A DNA stretch of 64,000 nucleotides from Mobula hypostoma (taxonomy: Eukaryota). Of the stretch, positions 38,390 through 51,524 are shown piece by piece. Below the pieces are notes generated by a model. The model was not told the origin of the DNA and searched no databases. It saw nothing but the letters and a program-made list of their open reading frames with translations. Position 1 is the stretch's first letter. Every line of letters starts with the position of its first letter. Location: the NCBI RefSeq assembly GCF_963921235.1, contig NC_086097.1, positions 121,708,001 through 121,772,000 on the forward strand. The letters run 5' to 3'. The translations under genes were made by a program, and so were the position numbers.

Positions 38390-40403
38390 ACTGAACTTAC
38401 TGAAACCTGGTAGAGAAAAAGCCAGAAGAACTACAGACAGAAGTAAGGAGCATTATACAAGAGGTGGCAACAAAAAATATTGTAACCAAAAAGAAGACCA
38501 GGAAAGCAAAATGGCCTTCTGCAGAGGGAGGCTTTACAAGTAACTGAGCGGAAAAGAGATGTGAAAGCCATTGGAGATTGGAACAAATTCCTCCAACTGA
38601 ATACAAAGTTCAAGAAGATAGCAAGGAAAGATAAGGAGCAATGCAAAGAAGCTAAAGAAGCCAACAGAATTGAAAAAAGAAGAGATCTATTCAAGAAGAT
38701 TAGAGAAATCAAAGGAACATTTCATGCAAAAATTAGTATAGTATAAAATTAGTATAGTAAGAGACAAAGAAGGGAAGGACCTTACAGAAGCAGAAAAAAG
38801 AGATGGTTGGAATACACAGAAGAATTGTATAGGAAAGATCCCAACAGCGAAGACAGCTGCAATGACTCCCTCATCGATCTAGAGTCGGACATTCTGGAAA
38901 GTGAAGTCGAATGGGCATTGGAAAACATTGCCAATAATAAGGCTGTAGGATGTGACAGGATTCCAGTTGAATTATTTAAAACTTTAAAAGGTGATGCTGT
39001 AAAAGTGCTGCATGCAATTTGCCAGCAGATCTGGAAAACCCAACAATGGCCTTTAGACTGGAAAAGATCAGTTGATATCCCAATTCACAAGAAGGGAAAT
39101 GTAAAGGAATGTTCAAATTACCGAACAATTTCACTAATTTCACATATTAGCAAGGTAAAGCCAAAGATCATGCAAGCAAGACTCCAGAAATATATGGAAC
39201 GAGAACTGCTCGATGTACAAGCTGCTTTTAGAAGAGTCAGAGGCACCAGAGAACAAATTGCTAACCTACGCCGGATAATGGAGAAACTGAGTGAATTCCA
39301 GAAAAGTATTTATCTGTGTTTTATTGACTACTCTAAAGCCTTTGACAGTGTGGACCATAATAAACTATGGCAAATCCTTATAAAAATGGGGATACCTGGA
39401 CACCTGATCTGCCTTATGAGAAACTTGTACGAAGATCTAGAAGCAACAGTTAGAACTGAACACGGAACCACAAACTGATTCAAGATTGGGAAAGGAGTAT
39501 GACAAGACTGCATACTATCACCCTACTAATTTAATCTATTTGCTGAACACATCATGAGGAATCCTGGTCTAAAGGACTCAAATGTTGGAATCAAAGTTGC
39601 TGGATGAAATATTAACAACCTCAGATATACAGATGATACCACTCTAATAGCTGAATGTGAGGAGGATCTGAGGAAGCTTCTAATCAAAGTGAAAGAAGGA
39701 AGTGCAAAAGCTGGCTTAGTGCTCAATACTAAGAAAAACAAGATTATCTCAACCAGCCCTATTTACTCCGTGGTAATAAATGGAAAGGAAGTGGAAGCAG
39801 TGACGGATTTTGTCTACCTCTGTTCAAAGATTTCTATAGATGGTAACTGCAGCCACAAAATTAAGTGGCGCTTACTTCTGGGCAGGGCAGCAATGGAAAA
39901 TTTAGATAAAATACTGATGATCAGAGACGTAACATTGTCTACAAACATCCATATAGTCAAGTCTATGGTATTTTCAGTTGTGATGTATGGCTGTGAGAGC
40001 TGGACTATTAGTAAGGCTGAGTACAAAAGAATCGACACCTGTGAACGTGGATGCTGGAGGAAAGTATTAAGGGTTCGTTGGACAGCAAGAAGATCCAACA
40101 AGTCAATACTTGAAGAAATACAGCCAGACTGTTCACTAGGAGACTTGATTATGAGACAAAAGCTCAAATATTTTGGCCACATCATGAGAAGACAGGATTC
40201 CTTGGAGAAGACTCATGTTAGACAAAACAGAAGGTAAAAGAAGGAGAGGACGACAGAGGCTACAATGGATAGATAATATTACTCAGACAATGCCTATGAC
40301 CTTGGGGGATCTCAGGGAGGCAGTTTCCAACAAGAAGGCTTGGTGTGCAGGAGTCCATGAGGTCATGAAGAGTCAGACTCGACTTAACAACTGAACAACA
40401 ATA
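38390..40403 (+). mobile_element. RTE-BovB LINE, 5'-truncated and disrupted
   Basis: ICQQIWKTQQWP.DWKRS, CSNYRTISLISH, FIDYSKAFDSVDHNKLW, VMYGCESWTI, WTARRSNKSIL and LKYFGHIMRR motifs. CTGAACAACAA tail. Confidence 0.93.
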
Positions 40404-40689
40404 AACTGAACATAGATTTTGCACCGGAAATTGAAAGTGTCCACTTGACAAACACCAGTTCATGTGCTTTAGTCCATTCCATTCCAAATATCTCTATTAC
40501 CCAATAAACATTTGTGTAAAACATTTATGTTCCTATAACCCATTATTCCAACCATCAGCTTTTCAGTAAAAAGGACAATTCTTCTTACTTGTGAAATATG
40601 TCTTGCATTTAGCAAATCTCTGACCTGGAATTCATCCGTACATTTTGATAATAGGCAATAATTCAGCTATGAACTTGAAGATTTTCCTT

Positions 40690-41660
40690 CGTTCAAAGTA
40701 AAATTTATTATCAGAGTATGCTCATGTCACCACAAACAAACCTGAGGTTCTTTCTCCTGTGGGCATACTCAGCAAATCAATAGAATAGTAACTGTGAACA
40801 GGATGAATGAACAACAAACGGCAAATGTAAATATAAATAAATACCAATAAATATTCTGATGAGGACTGGATCATAGACTTCTGGTTTCCTCCTCCTGCAG
40901 TTAACAATCAGCTTCTTGGTCTTACTGACATTGAGTGAGAGGTTGCTATTGTGACACCACGCAACCGGATTTTCAATCTCCCTCCTACATGCTGATTCCT
41001 CTTATCTTAGATTTGGCCAACGGCAGTGGTGTTGCCAGCAAATTAAAAATTGCATTGGAACTGTGCTTAGCCACACACTTGTAAATATAAAGCTAGTAGA
41101 GCAGGGGGCTAAACACAAAATCTTGTGGTGCACCTATGTTGATGGAGATTGTGGAGGAGATGTTGTTGCCAATCCGAACTGACTGGGGTCTGCAAGTCAG
41201 GAAGTCAAGAATCCAGTTGCACGAGGAGGTATTGAGGTATTGAGGCCTAAGTCGTGAAGCTTATTGGTTAGTTTTGAGGAGACAATGGTATTGAATACCG
41301 AGCTGTAGTCAATTAAATGTATCCTGGTGTATGTGCCTTCACTGTCCAGAAGTTCCAGAGTTGAGTGAATTGCAAATAAAATGGCATCAGTTATTGACCT
41401 GTTGCTCCGGTGGGCAAATTGGAGTCACTTCTCAGGCAGAAGTTGATATGTTTCATCATATGTTTCATCACTAACCTCTCAAAGCACTTTTTCACAGTGA
41501 ATGTAAATGCTACTGAACAATAGTCATCGACACAGGCTACCATGTTCTTCTTAGGCACCGATATAATTGAGGCCTGCTTGAAGCAGGTGGGTACCTCAGA
41601 CTGGTGAAGTGATTGGTTAAAGATAACGGTGAACACTCCAGCCAGTTGATCAGCAAGGAC
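40690..41660 (-). mobile_element. Rex1/Babar-like LINE fragments
   Basis: ADQLAGVFTVIFNQSL..SEVPTCFK and KCFERLV (ORF 41391-41678). Minus-strand tail CTCTGATAATAAA at about 40705. Confidence 0.8.
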
Positions 41661-41724
41661 CCCCATCATCCAGGCCATGCTTGCTTCTCACTACTACCAC
41701 TAAGTAGGAGTATCAGGTGCCATA

Positions 41725-43370
41725 GATCCCTGTCCTGTCTTGGGGGCGGGGGGATGCCTTATTCTGATGGTCAAAAGTTGCTTTGTCATGACTGGTTAGA
41801 TTAGAAACTGCAGTTGTTTTTCCCTTTGGTTAACTGCCTGGTGTCCAGTTTCAAATATCTTGGATAAATAGAAAGCATATGTGGGAGGCTCTGTCTCTCT
41901 CCCTTTGTTTGCAGGCAAGCAGCACACATGACTATTGGGAAAGTATGCTCTGTGTGTACTTTTAGCTAAGTATGTTTGTTGAATATTCCCCTTTGTAGTG
42001 TCTATAACTTGGGGAGCATGAATGTTTGGTCAAATTTTTACTGTTTGTAAATAAATGATCAATATACCTATTCGCAGAGAGTGCTTTCTGTCTCACTTGC
42101 TGGATCCGCAAACCTAATTCAACTTTACATTTGGCACTGCAAGGAGCAGGGTCTGGCACTTTGAACAGAAATGCATATCTTTAAGAGGTTATTTAAAAGA
42201 GAGGATCCTCCGTTTGATAGATGTAGATTCCCAGGGTGGACAGATAATAGTGAAGGCTTTGGAAGTCTCGCCAACTTACTGATAGGTTACGGGATGCTGG
42301 TAGATTGGTCAGGCCAGCTGGATTTCACCGGGGTTGAAATGGGACACCACATTGTTTCCATACTTAACTCGGTGGGTTTTCCCAGGAGAAAGGATAGCTG
42401 ACTTTCTGGCTGTTTTGCGGTGATTGTAAGACATCAGTATAACATGATAGCGAGTCTTAAGAATGAATTCGAAGATCTCAGTCAGCACTGTATTACTCTG
42501 AGAGAATCACTATTTTTGGCTCAGAGTAGGGCTACAAAGCTAGACAATGAGAATATCAAGATAGCTTGTCAGCCACTGAAGCTACAGCACTTAGATGTTG
42601 TACACCAAGCTGGCTGGCAGCATGACCCTGTTAAAGTTTGAGCCATGATGAAGCGGGGTGATGATCCTACTGTGGGGCTGGATAATAAAAATGAGGGAGC
42701 GAGGGTGGCATGGACCCCTCAGTTTAATCCTTGAGATGATTGCCCTCTCCCTTGCATGTCCGAAACTGTACGAGGCAGACCAGTGATCACATGTTCCCAC
42801 ACTCACCATGGGGGGCATCAATCTGCAGTCCTTTCTCTCAGGAGGGAAAGGAGGAAGAGGGTTGAGGATGGTACAATGGACACATTCGGGACAACAGATC
42901 AGAGAATTCTTCGCCAAGGAATTGACGTGTTTAGGGGATAGCTACAGACAAAAGGCTGGGAGTTCTTGGTCTTATGGGATGAGGCGAGTACTGGAGTAAT
43001 CCTACCTAACAGAAAGATGGGTGCTCATGGAGCCTATTGTCCCAACATGTGATCAATAACACCCTTACTTCCACTGAGCATAATGCATCACTATGGGTTT
43101 GGGGAATGGCAACAGTTAAACTTGCATATAATTCTCTTACTGGAATTTCAAACCCCAAGCGGAATGAGTCACAGTAGAGGAGGATACTAAAGTTCTACGC
43201 CAGTGGGCTCTTATCACAGAAATATATCGCGATAGTGGTAACTTGTCAGAGAATGTTGAATTAACCTCTAGAATGATAAGACACATAGTTACTTTGACAG
43301 TGCTGTCTTTAATAGCACATGCTGTGGGCGTAATGAACAGACACATGGTAGATGAATGTTAATAAATAGA
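41725..43370 (+). mobile_element. Degenerate endogenous retrovirus fragment (LTR, PBS, gag), class III ERV-L/S-like
   Basis: AATAAA at about 42050, LTR end ...TTTACA at 42129, PBS-like TGGCACTGC(AAG)GAGCAGGGT at 42132. Gag remnants VRGRPVIT, REFFAKELTCLGDSYRQKAG and LWDE...VIL. Confidence 0.6.
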
Positions 43371-43444
43371 AATAAAATAAACAGATCAACTTTATCACGA
43401 TCAACATTATTAGGAATTTGCTGTAGTGTTTTGGTGTGACATGC

Positions 43445-44240
43445 AACATAATAAAACCAGACTGGAGGATCTGAGTGACAGGGAAAGCTTGAATAGATTA
43501 GGACTTTATTGCCCAGAGTGTAGGAGAATAAGGGGAAATTTGACAGAGATATACAAAATTATGAGGGGTACAGATAGACTAAACGCAAGCAGACTTTTTC
43601 CACTGAAGTTAGGTGACACTTGAGCTGAGGTCATTGGTTGCTAAATGCAAGCAGGCTTTATCCACTGCGGTTGGCCGACACTAGAACAGTGGGGTAAAGG
43701 TGAAATGTTTAAGGGAAGCAGCGGGGGAACTTCATCACTCAGAGGATGGTGACAGAAGTAAATAAAGTCAGAAGTAAGGAGATGGAATAAAATGTACATA
43801 AATACATGAATGCCAGAATAAAATGTGAATAAATATATAAATGCAGAGAACTATGAGGTGGTGGATGTACAGTAAGGAGAGATGATATAAAGTAATAGAT
43901 ACTGTTCTGAAAGAGGTGCAAATTTGTGTTGATAGGCAGAGGCTTTTTCCCAGGGCTGAAATGGCTAGCATGAGAGGGCATAGCTTTAAGGTGCTTGGAA
44001 GTAGGTGCAGAGGAGACGTCAGGGGTAAGTTTTTTATGTAGAGAGTGGTGAGTGTGCGGAATGGGCTGCTGGTGATGGCGGATACGATAGGGACTTTTAA
44101 GAGACTCCTGGGCAGGTACATGGAGCTAAGAAAAATAGAGGGCAATGGGTAATTTCTAACGAAAGGACATGTTCGGCACAGCTTTGTGGGCCGAAGGGCC
44201 TGTATTGTGCTATAGGTTTTCTGTGTTTCTATGTTTCTAA
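43445..44240 (+). mobile_element. Two CR1 3' fragments (about 43445-43750 and 43930-44240)
   Basis: RIRGNLTEIYKIMRG peptide. The second fragment is the reverse complement of 4533-4850 and carries a GTTTCTA tail. Confidence 0.85.
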
Positions 44241-44322
44241 GATCACTGGGAACAGTGGGTGTTACTGCATGAGTGACAGGGCAAGTTGAGAAAGCATGGA
44301 AATTTCTGGACTTTATCAATGG

Positions 44323-45224
44323 TATTACGTACCCCGTAACTGGGTTGCCAAACCAGCAGAAATGGATCACTCAGTTGGAGTCTGGATTACTGGAACTAAG
44401 AAAGTTTTATTAAAGAAATAAGCAACACAGTACTCTAATAGTAAGGATATAAATGCAACAGGTTAGCAATGAATAGACACACATGTACACAGATCTAGGA
44501 TAATAGGATCAATCAAGCTCTATCGTCGTCTAGGGGTAAATGACCAGTTTCAAAGTGACGCAAAGTTCAGTTCAATTGAGTTCAGTTCAGTTCACAGTAA
44601 TCACTGCCGTGGGAGAAAGAGAGAGAGAGCGAATGAATATTCAAATCGGATTCCAAACAGACCTTCGATATTCCTCACAGTCAGCTTTCGGGCGAGCCCT
44701 TTGTAATGTCTTCCGAAATCACCGACTGTGACCCCTCCGTTTCAGATACGATCGTTCCTCTGCAGTGAACCTGGCACCCAGGCAAGGGCGGACACACACC
44801 AGGTTCCCACCGATCGTACCTTTCCACCCTGTGCGTCTATGGCTTGGTCCTGTGATCAGCCCTCCAAAAACTCCCACCGACTTGTGGGAGACGCACCGCT
44901 TCCAGGGTCTCGTTACCTTGTGGCGTCGTGTGTCGCCTTAGCGAACCTGTCCCTTTTTATCCCCCTGTTGGGGTATCGCCTGTCCATCACTTCAAACAGT
45001 TCAGGGTTCAAAGAGGAGCCGATCTTGACAGCTCTCAGACCGTGTCTCCTTCCGTTAAACTCTCCCGTCCCTTCGTTAACATTCCCAAATGCTGCTCCAT
45101 TGTCTTCCTTATCTCTCTTTCTCCTGAAGACAGGTGGCAGACCAACTGCTGATCCCACTGGTGCCAGCACAGGACAGCTAACATCTTAATCTATGTGTAC
45201 TCTTTGTAACCCTCTTTCGTCACA
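44323..45224 (-). mobile_element. Solo LTR (Gypsy-like), about 900 bp
   Basis: Termini TATTACG...CGTCACA (a TG...CA end with one change). 4-bp TSD ATGG at 44319-44322 and 45225-45228. AATAAA on the minus strand near 44405. Confidence 0.85.
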
Positions 45225-45387
45225 ATGGAGACACTGGTTATAAATTAGGAGAGTCGTGCTGCACCTTTGCAAAACATTGGTATTGTGTTTATTTCTGGTA
45301 ACCACTTGGAACTAGTATGCAGAGAAAGTGGAGAGGGACAAGAAAACATTTGTGGCAATAGTTCCTGAGATAAAGGACTATAAACAC

Positions 45388-45740
45388 AGAGGTGAAAACA
45401 CAAGAGATTCTACAGATGCTGGAAATCCAGAAAAACGCACACAACATGATGGAGGAACTCAGCAGGTCACGTATGGAAGAATAAACAGTTGATGTTTCGG
45501 GCTTAGATATTTCCTCTGCACTGGAAAGGACGGGTGAAGATGACAGGATAAGAAGGTGAGAGGAGGGGTAAGAGTACAAGCTGGCAGGTGGTAGGTGAGA
45601 CCAGGTGAGGGGAAGGTAGGGAGGAGTGGATGGAGGGATGAAGTGAGAAGCTGGGAGTAGAGAGTGGAAGAGGTAATGGGCTGAAGAACAAGGAATCTGT
45701 TAGAAAAAGACAGTGCACCATGGGAGAAGGGGAAGGATTA
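45388..45740 (-). mobile_element. Old Penelope 3' terminal fragment
   Basis: AAACACAAGAGATTCTACAGATGCTGGAAAT matches the Penelope terminal extension. Decayed hammerhead near 45485-45522. Confidence 0.75.
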
Positions 45741-46019
45741 TAATGAGGTGGACTGATTGAAGATTTGATAGAAGTATATACAATAATAGGAGTTGAGACA
45801 GAATTGATGATGGATACTTCTTGGTGGAGTGGGTTGAGTTAAGTAAGAGAATTAAGGGTGACATGAGCAAAGCTCTTTTTGCTGTGTGTATTATTGGATT
45901 TGGAACTAATGAATAGTTCTAGGGAAAAAAGTGTGGTCTTTGTTGCTAACTCAGCTGACAACTTTGTGAGATAGAGCATGTGATATTTAACAACTTGCTA
46001 ACCTGTCATCACAAATGTA

Positions 46020-46120
46020 GAACATACACAAAGTGCCGGAGGAACTCAGCAGGTCGGGCAGCATCTGTGGAGAGGAATAAACAGTCAGCATTTTGGGCCG
46101 AGACCCTTTATCAGGACAGG
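46020..46120 (-). mobile_element. Penelope terminal fragment with decayed hammerhead
   Basis: Minus strand reads GTCCTGATAAAGGGTCTCGGCCCAAAATGCTGACTG. Confidence 0.75.
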
Positions 46121-46454
46121 AATCCGACTGTAAACGACAGCAGTGTGGTATGATCACAAATGTGGGCTGCCTCAGGCTAGCAGAAAACAAGAAACTGATT
46201 TTAATCTTTAGAATGTGCTGTAGATGCTCTCTGAGAGAGTTTGGATTTGTTTCTGGTAACTGAATATCATTAACAAGGAATCCACCTAGACTATTAGCCA
46301 TCAAAGGCAAAGCAAAAGTAAATTTATGATCCAAGTCCGTGCACCAAATGCTACCTTGACATTTAATTTTCTTGCAGGCATTTACAAGAAAATAAAGAAA
46401 TGCAAAAAAAAATTAAAAACACAGGATAAGATGTTAATATTCCTCATGCCAAAG

Positions 46455-49075
46455 TGTCATAAGCACTTGCTCGAGACTGCCTTGATGTCGGGAGTGGCAC
46501 AGGGTTGACATGCAGGGGTTTACAAGTGGGCACCCTCCTTCCTCGATGTTTCATTGATTAACCCATTATATCTGCAGAGGGCTTGGCAATGACTTCCGGC
46601 ATCCCAGAGTCACCCCCGCCCCCCATTGTGTCTTCCCACTCTCTTGATGCCATCTTGGAGCCCAAGAGAGGTCTTCTTGCGTGATCCAAAGGCTGTGACT
46701 GCTTTTCTCTGCTCCACCATCACTGACGTGGCTCTGATGGTTTCCTGTAGAGTCTGACCTTGGATCCCTAGCTCCTCCAGCGATTTGATGGTGGATGTGC
46801 CTATAAATCCCCTACAACCCATTTCCACAGGACAAACTTTGGTTTTCCAGCCCCAGCGCTGAGCTTCAGCTGCTAGATCTGCATAGCTTAGCCTCTTGTG
46901 GTCATATGCTTCAGCTACTGAGTTCTCCCACCAGGCTGTAAGTTCCATGATGCAGATGACCTGTAATGAATTGGGCCAGAGAACCAAGTCTGGCCTGAGG
47001 ATGGTGGTAGCAATTTCCTGTGGAGAGGTGAGTTGCTTATTGACATCCACCAGCATTTTCCAGTCATGAGCCATGTTCATCTGTCCCGTTTCTGGCTTAG
47101 AAGGGAGATTAGCTGATCTTTCCCCACCCTTCCAGACGAATGCTGCTGGTGTCAGAGCGTTAGTTGTTCTAGGGGCAGGGGGTCAGTTGCTATCCTCTAG
47201 GTCTCCAGCACTCTTCAGACCTGGTTGTGACACCACGGATATCTGCCTTGTGTGAGGCTGGTTTTGGAGCTTACCAGGATGTTCTTGAGGGTTTCTGAAA
47301 TCGGGCACAGGGAACAAGTGGGGTCCAGTCTGTTTGCTTCCATCTGCCACATGTCCTCCCAGCTGATTTTCCTCCTCAGTGCTTTCCCAACGCTCCCATT
47401 GCCCCGCTTAGCCAGGGATCCAGCCTTTGCACTTCTGTCTGACTCTTCTTGTTGCCGCACTTCCACGACACCCATCTTCCTTCGCTCTGAATTATGCTAG
47501 GTGGGTCCACTTCCTGTGAGATCAAAGCCACCTCTGCCCTGTTGGACTTACCTCACAATTTCTCTGTGCCTAAGGGCTGCTGGTGCTTGCTACGCCACAT
47601 CAGCTGGAGTCCATTTCCACCCAGTTGATAAGGCCCATGCAGCGTTACTGACAGTCTTGTCACAAGACTCTTTGAGTGCTATCTATAGACACTTCTTAGA
47701 ACACCTGAGTTCCTCTGTAAGGCCAGTGAAAGGTAGTTCAAAGACTCCTTTACCATAGAGACTGATGTTGCTGATACACCCTGGGACACTGAGACACTTC
47801 TTCATGAACGATGAGATGGTTCGCTCAAGCTCCTTCATGGTTGTCAGTGGGATCTCACAGACAGTGAGTGGCCACATCACCTGGGGTAGGAGTCCAAACA
47901 GTAAGCACCAGAGCTTCAGTTTTCCAGGTAGCATGGTCTTGTCAATGTTATCCAGGCCACTGGTGATGTGTTGATTTAGTTGCTACCCCTGCTCTTTATC
48001 TGTGAGGCTGGTGTTGTACCATCTACCCAGGCATTTGACAGGCTATTCAGACACTATTGGAATTAGGTCATCACCGATGAAGAACTTTGTCTTTCAGCAT
48101 TTCCTTGACTACTGAGATGCTTCATGACTTGCTGGATTTGATTTTCATTCTGGCCCACTTGATGTTTTCCTGCAGCTTTCCAAGTATTTGCTTGGTGCAC
48201 ACTGCAGTAGTGGTCAGTGTTGTTATATCGTCCATGTGCGTCCTAACAGGGGGAAGGTGAAGTCCAGCACTTATTCTTTCACCACCTACTACCCACCGTG
48301 AAGCTCTGACAATGATCTCCATGGCCATTGTGAATGCCAGGGGTGATATAGTGCAACTTGCCATAATGCCCGCTTCCAGTCTCTGCCACGTTGCGGTAAA
48401 ATCTGCTATTGTGAAGCACAATTGCAGGTCTCGAAAGTGCAACTTCACCAGTGTTGTGATGGGCTGTGGTACCTGGAAGAAGTCAAATGTTTCCCAGAGG
48501 AGTGCATGGAGAATTGAGCCAAATATATTGGCAAGGTCCAGGAAGACCACAGAGATTTCTTTTGTCCTTCCTAGCTGCTTGGATCTGATGCCATATCATG
48601 CTTGTACGTTCCAAACACCTGGAGAACCCTGGAATTCACGCTTTCTGTACAGATGTATCAGTGTACTTGTTTCTCTCCGGGTAGCTGGCCAGGCTCTGTG
48701 CTATTACAGTGAAGAAGGTTTTCTCCTCAACGTTCAGAAGGCAGATTGGTCAAATCTAACTGATGATTCTGTATCCTTTTCTTTTGGAATCTGGGCATTG
48801 CCAGTCCTTCGCCATGCTTTAGGTGTTATTCACCTCTGCCACACTACCCTCATGAGCCTCCAGAGAAACTGCAAGACATCTGGTGCATTCCAATAAGGCC
48901 AAATGGTACTCCATTAGACACGGGAGCAGATGCTGATCTTGCCTGCTGGACTGCCTTCTCCACTTTGGTCCATTCTGGAGGGTCAAAATCCAGATGGTAA
49001 GTGGGGGGCTGAATTGGCGGGATGACAGATGGAATGATTATATGTTCATGCCTTTTCACGTCGGTGTGAATCTTG
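46455..49075 (-). mobile_element. HERO-like element (second, diverged family) with RT and REL endonuclease, degraded
   Basis: FLDLANIFGSI.H, CTISPLAF, HMDDIT, LPGKLKLWC, RPDLVLW, ELTAWWE and PVEMGCRGF motifs. Confidence 0.88.
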
Positions 49076-49524
49076 AAATCATGAAAAACTATACATAAAC
49101 TACTGACTGACAAACAACCAATGTGAAAATCACTAGTACGTGCAGGTGGCTCTAAAGTATGTTACTAAAGGGAAATTTGCAGGCTACAGATTGCAGTGAT
49201 AATAGTTCAGAAGATGTATATCGAGTACTTTCGTGAGCTGCCCACAAAACGCAAGGCATTGGTGTATGTCACTTGGACAAAAGATTATGAAATATCCCAC
49301 TTAACCTGGAGTGAATTTCAATGTTGATTTAAAACAAAGTCTTCCGTGGAAAGCTTATGTTGCAGGAGAGAAGGTTCTGACAGAAGTTTCTTATTATCTG
49401 ACAAGAAGATCATAGGGATTTCAAAGATCATGAGGTTAAAAAATGTCCTTTATTCCCAAAAATAAAATGGAAAATACTGTGGATAACTAGCAGTTGAAGA
49501 ATTGATAGGAAAAGAAAGACTAGC

Positions 49525-49812
49525 TGTATCAGTCATATGTAAATTGAAACACACAGTGAAATTCATCATTTACAAAAAATCAAATCAGAGAAGATTGTGC
49601 AGAGCAGCCTGCAAGTGTTGTCACATTTCTGGGGCCAATGTAGGATGCCCACAACTCACTAACCCTAACTCGTACATTTCTGGAATGTGGGAGGAAACCT
49701 ATGCGATCACGTGAAGAACGTGCAGACTCCTTACAGACAGCAGTGGAAATTGAGCCCCAATCTTACAGCTGGCACTGCGAAGCATTACCTTACCTGTTGC
49801 ACTTCTGTGCCT
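49525..49812 (-). mobile_element. V-SINE
   Basis: Reverse V-core GGAATGTGGGAGGAAACC and a tRNA-like head at the right end. Confidence 0.65.
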
Positions 49813-50812
49813 CTGAAAGGAAGAGTGGAGTTTGGACTAAACCACAAAACCAACTGCTGCAGACAACTGTGGTGCTTTGCAGCTTGTAATCCCCCCCCCC
49901 TCAGTTCGTGAGTGCATGAAGCAGCAATTTTTATCCATTGTTGCTCAGCTGCTCTGCTGCTAATTCAAAACTTGATTGTTGACAACAGTTTCTGTAATTG
50001 ATGCTACTGTGTAATTGTGCTAAAGAATGACAATATCTCTCATCTGTCAAAAAATGCTGTCAGTTATAGATCAGCAGGAAACCATTAAACAAAGATGCTA
50101 AGCATAGATCTATTCGTTCTGAATGGACTTTTAATAGTTTCCCTTAAATACTTAGTCTTTTTGAAACCAAGGAGATCAACTAATCAACGGGAAAAGACAG
50201 GTATCTACAACAAACAATCCTAATAACACCCTGATGGACTCCAAACAAAGGATATCTGCAGTACAGGCCTCTACTCTGCTCTCAAAGGCCAGTGACCTGG
50301 AGACCCTGTGAGCAAGAGGCACGAGGAGGCCCAAGGGCTGGTCAGTCAGTGCAGATGGAGTTTGAGCCCGGAGTCAGGGAACCTGTCATCAGCTAGTGTG
50401 GGGATCGATACTCTCATCTGAGAGTCGAAGGTGATGTCCAACAGCTGAAGACTGAAGGTTAGAAGCCTGCCCTGGAGTTGGAGAACTGTCCAGGCATGTG
50501 GGTGGGCGGGAGAAAGGAAAAGGGACTGTTTTGCTGTTGTTGTTTTGTTGCTTGTTCTTTTCTGTTTTGCCATGTTCTGTGTTGTTCTGCTGAGCATTGT
50601 GGGTATGCTATGTTGGCGCCAATGTGTGGCTACATTTGCGGGATCCCCCAACAAATCCCTAGGTTGTGTTGCTTGTTAAAGCAAATGACACCTTTCACTG
50701 TATGTGTTGATGTACCTGTGATAAATAAATCTGAATCTGAATTCTATTTTTGTGAACTGTTATAGAAGGCAGCAGATTAGCACAATTTTCTATAAAATAA
50801 GGAAAGTAAATA

Positions 50813-51524
50813 CAGGCAGTCCCCGAGTTACGTATGTCTGACTTACAAACAACTCAAACTTACGAACGGAAGAAGGAGAATGCCGTCCGCCATTTTAAGT
50901 TGTTGCCATTAACACTATGTTGAGTGTGTAACTTTGTATTTGGCTTAAATTTTTCTTAGCAAGATTCACCCTGACCCCCATCCCCACCTTTCCAGTCAGC
51001 ACCGCCCCCAGTTGTCCCATTTAACCTGTCTCAGTGCTGGTGGACTTTAGGACGCGGGGGAGCTCAAGTCAGGACCCGCCGCCTGCAGCTGCTGCTGAAT
51101 CCGCAGTGTTTCTGTTCCGTTGACAGAAAGCGATCATGATTGAAAATAAAGTGGAAATAATAAAGCGATTGGAAAGAGGTGAAACACCATCAGTCATTGG
51201 AAAAGCGTTAAGCTACAGTCGGTCAACGATCGCAACAATTTTAAAGCATAAAGGTTAAAGTGAGAATAATGGAGCATGTGCAAGGTCCTGACCCGATGAA
51301 AGCTGCAATTATTACTAAGCAATGCACTTACTTAATTATTGAAATACATACGTTTCTTAAGTGTTTTATATGCATAGAAAGGTAAAATATATACTACATA
51401 CTAAGACAAATGTTTGATTAACTGACACTAAATAATACCAGATATACCTGTTCCAACTTATGTACAAATCCGACTTAAAGATAGACTCAGGAATGGAACT
51501 TGTTCATAACTCGGGGACTGCCTG
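50813..51524 (+). mobile_element. Non-autonomous Tigger/pogo element
   Basis: TIRs CAGGCAGTCCCCGAGTTA and TAACTCGGGGACTGCCTG flanked by TA. CENP-B-type HTH remnant RKAIMIENKVEIIKRLERGE...RSTIATILK at about 51125-51250. Confidence 0.92.
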
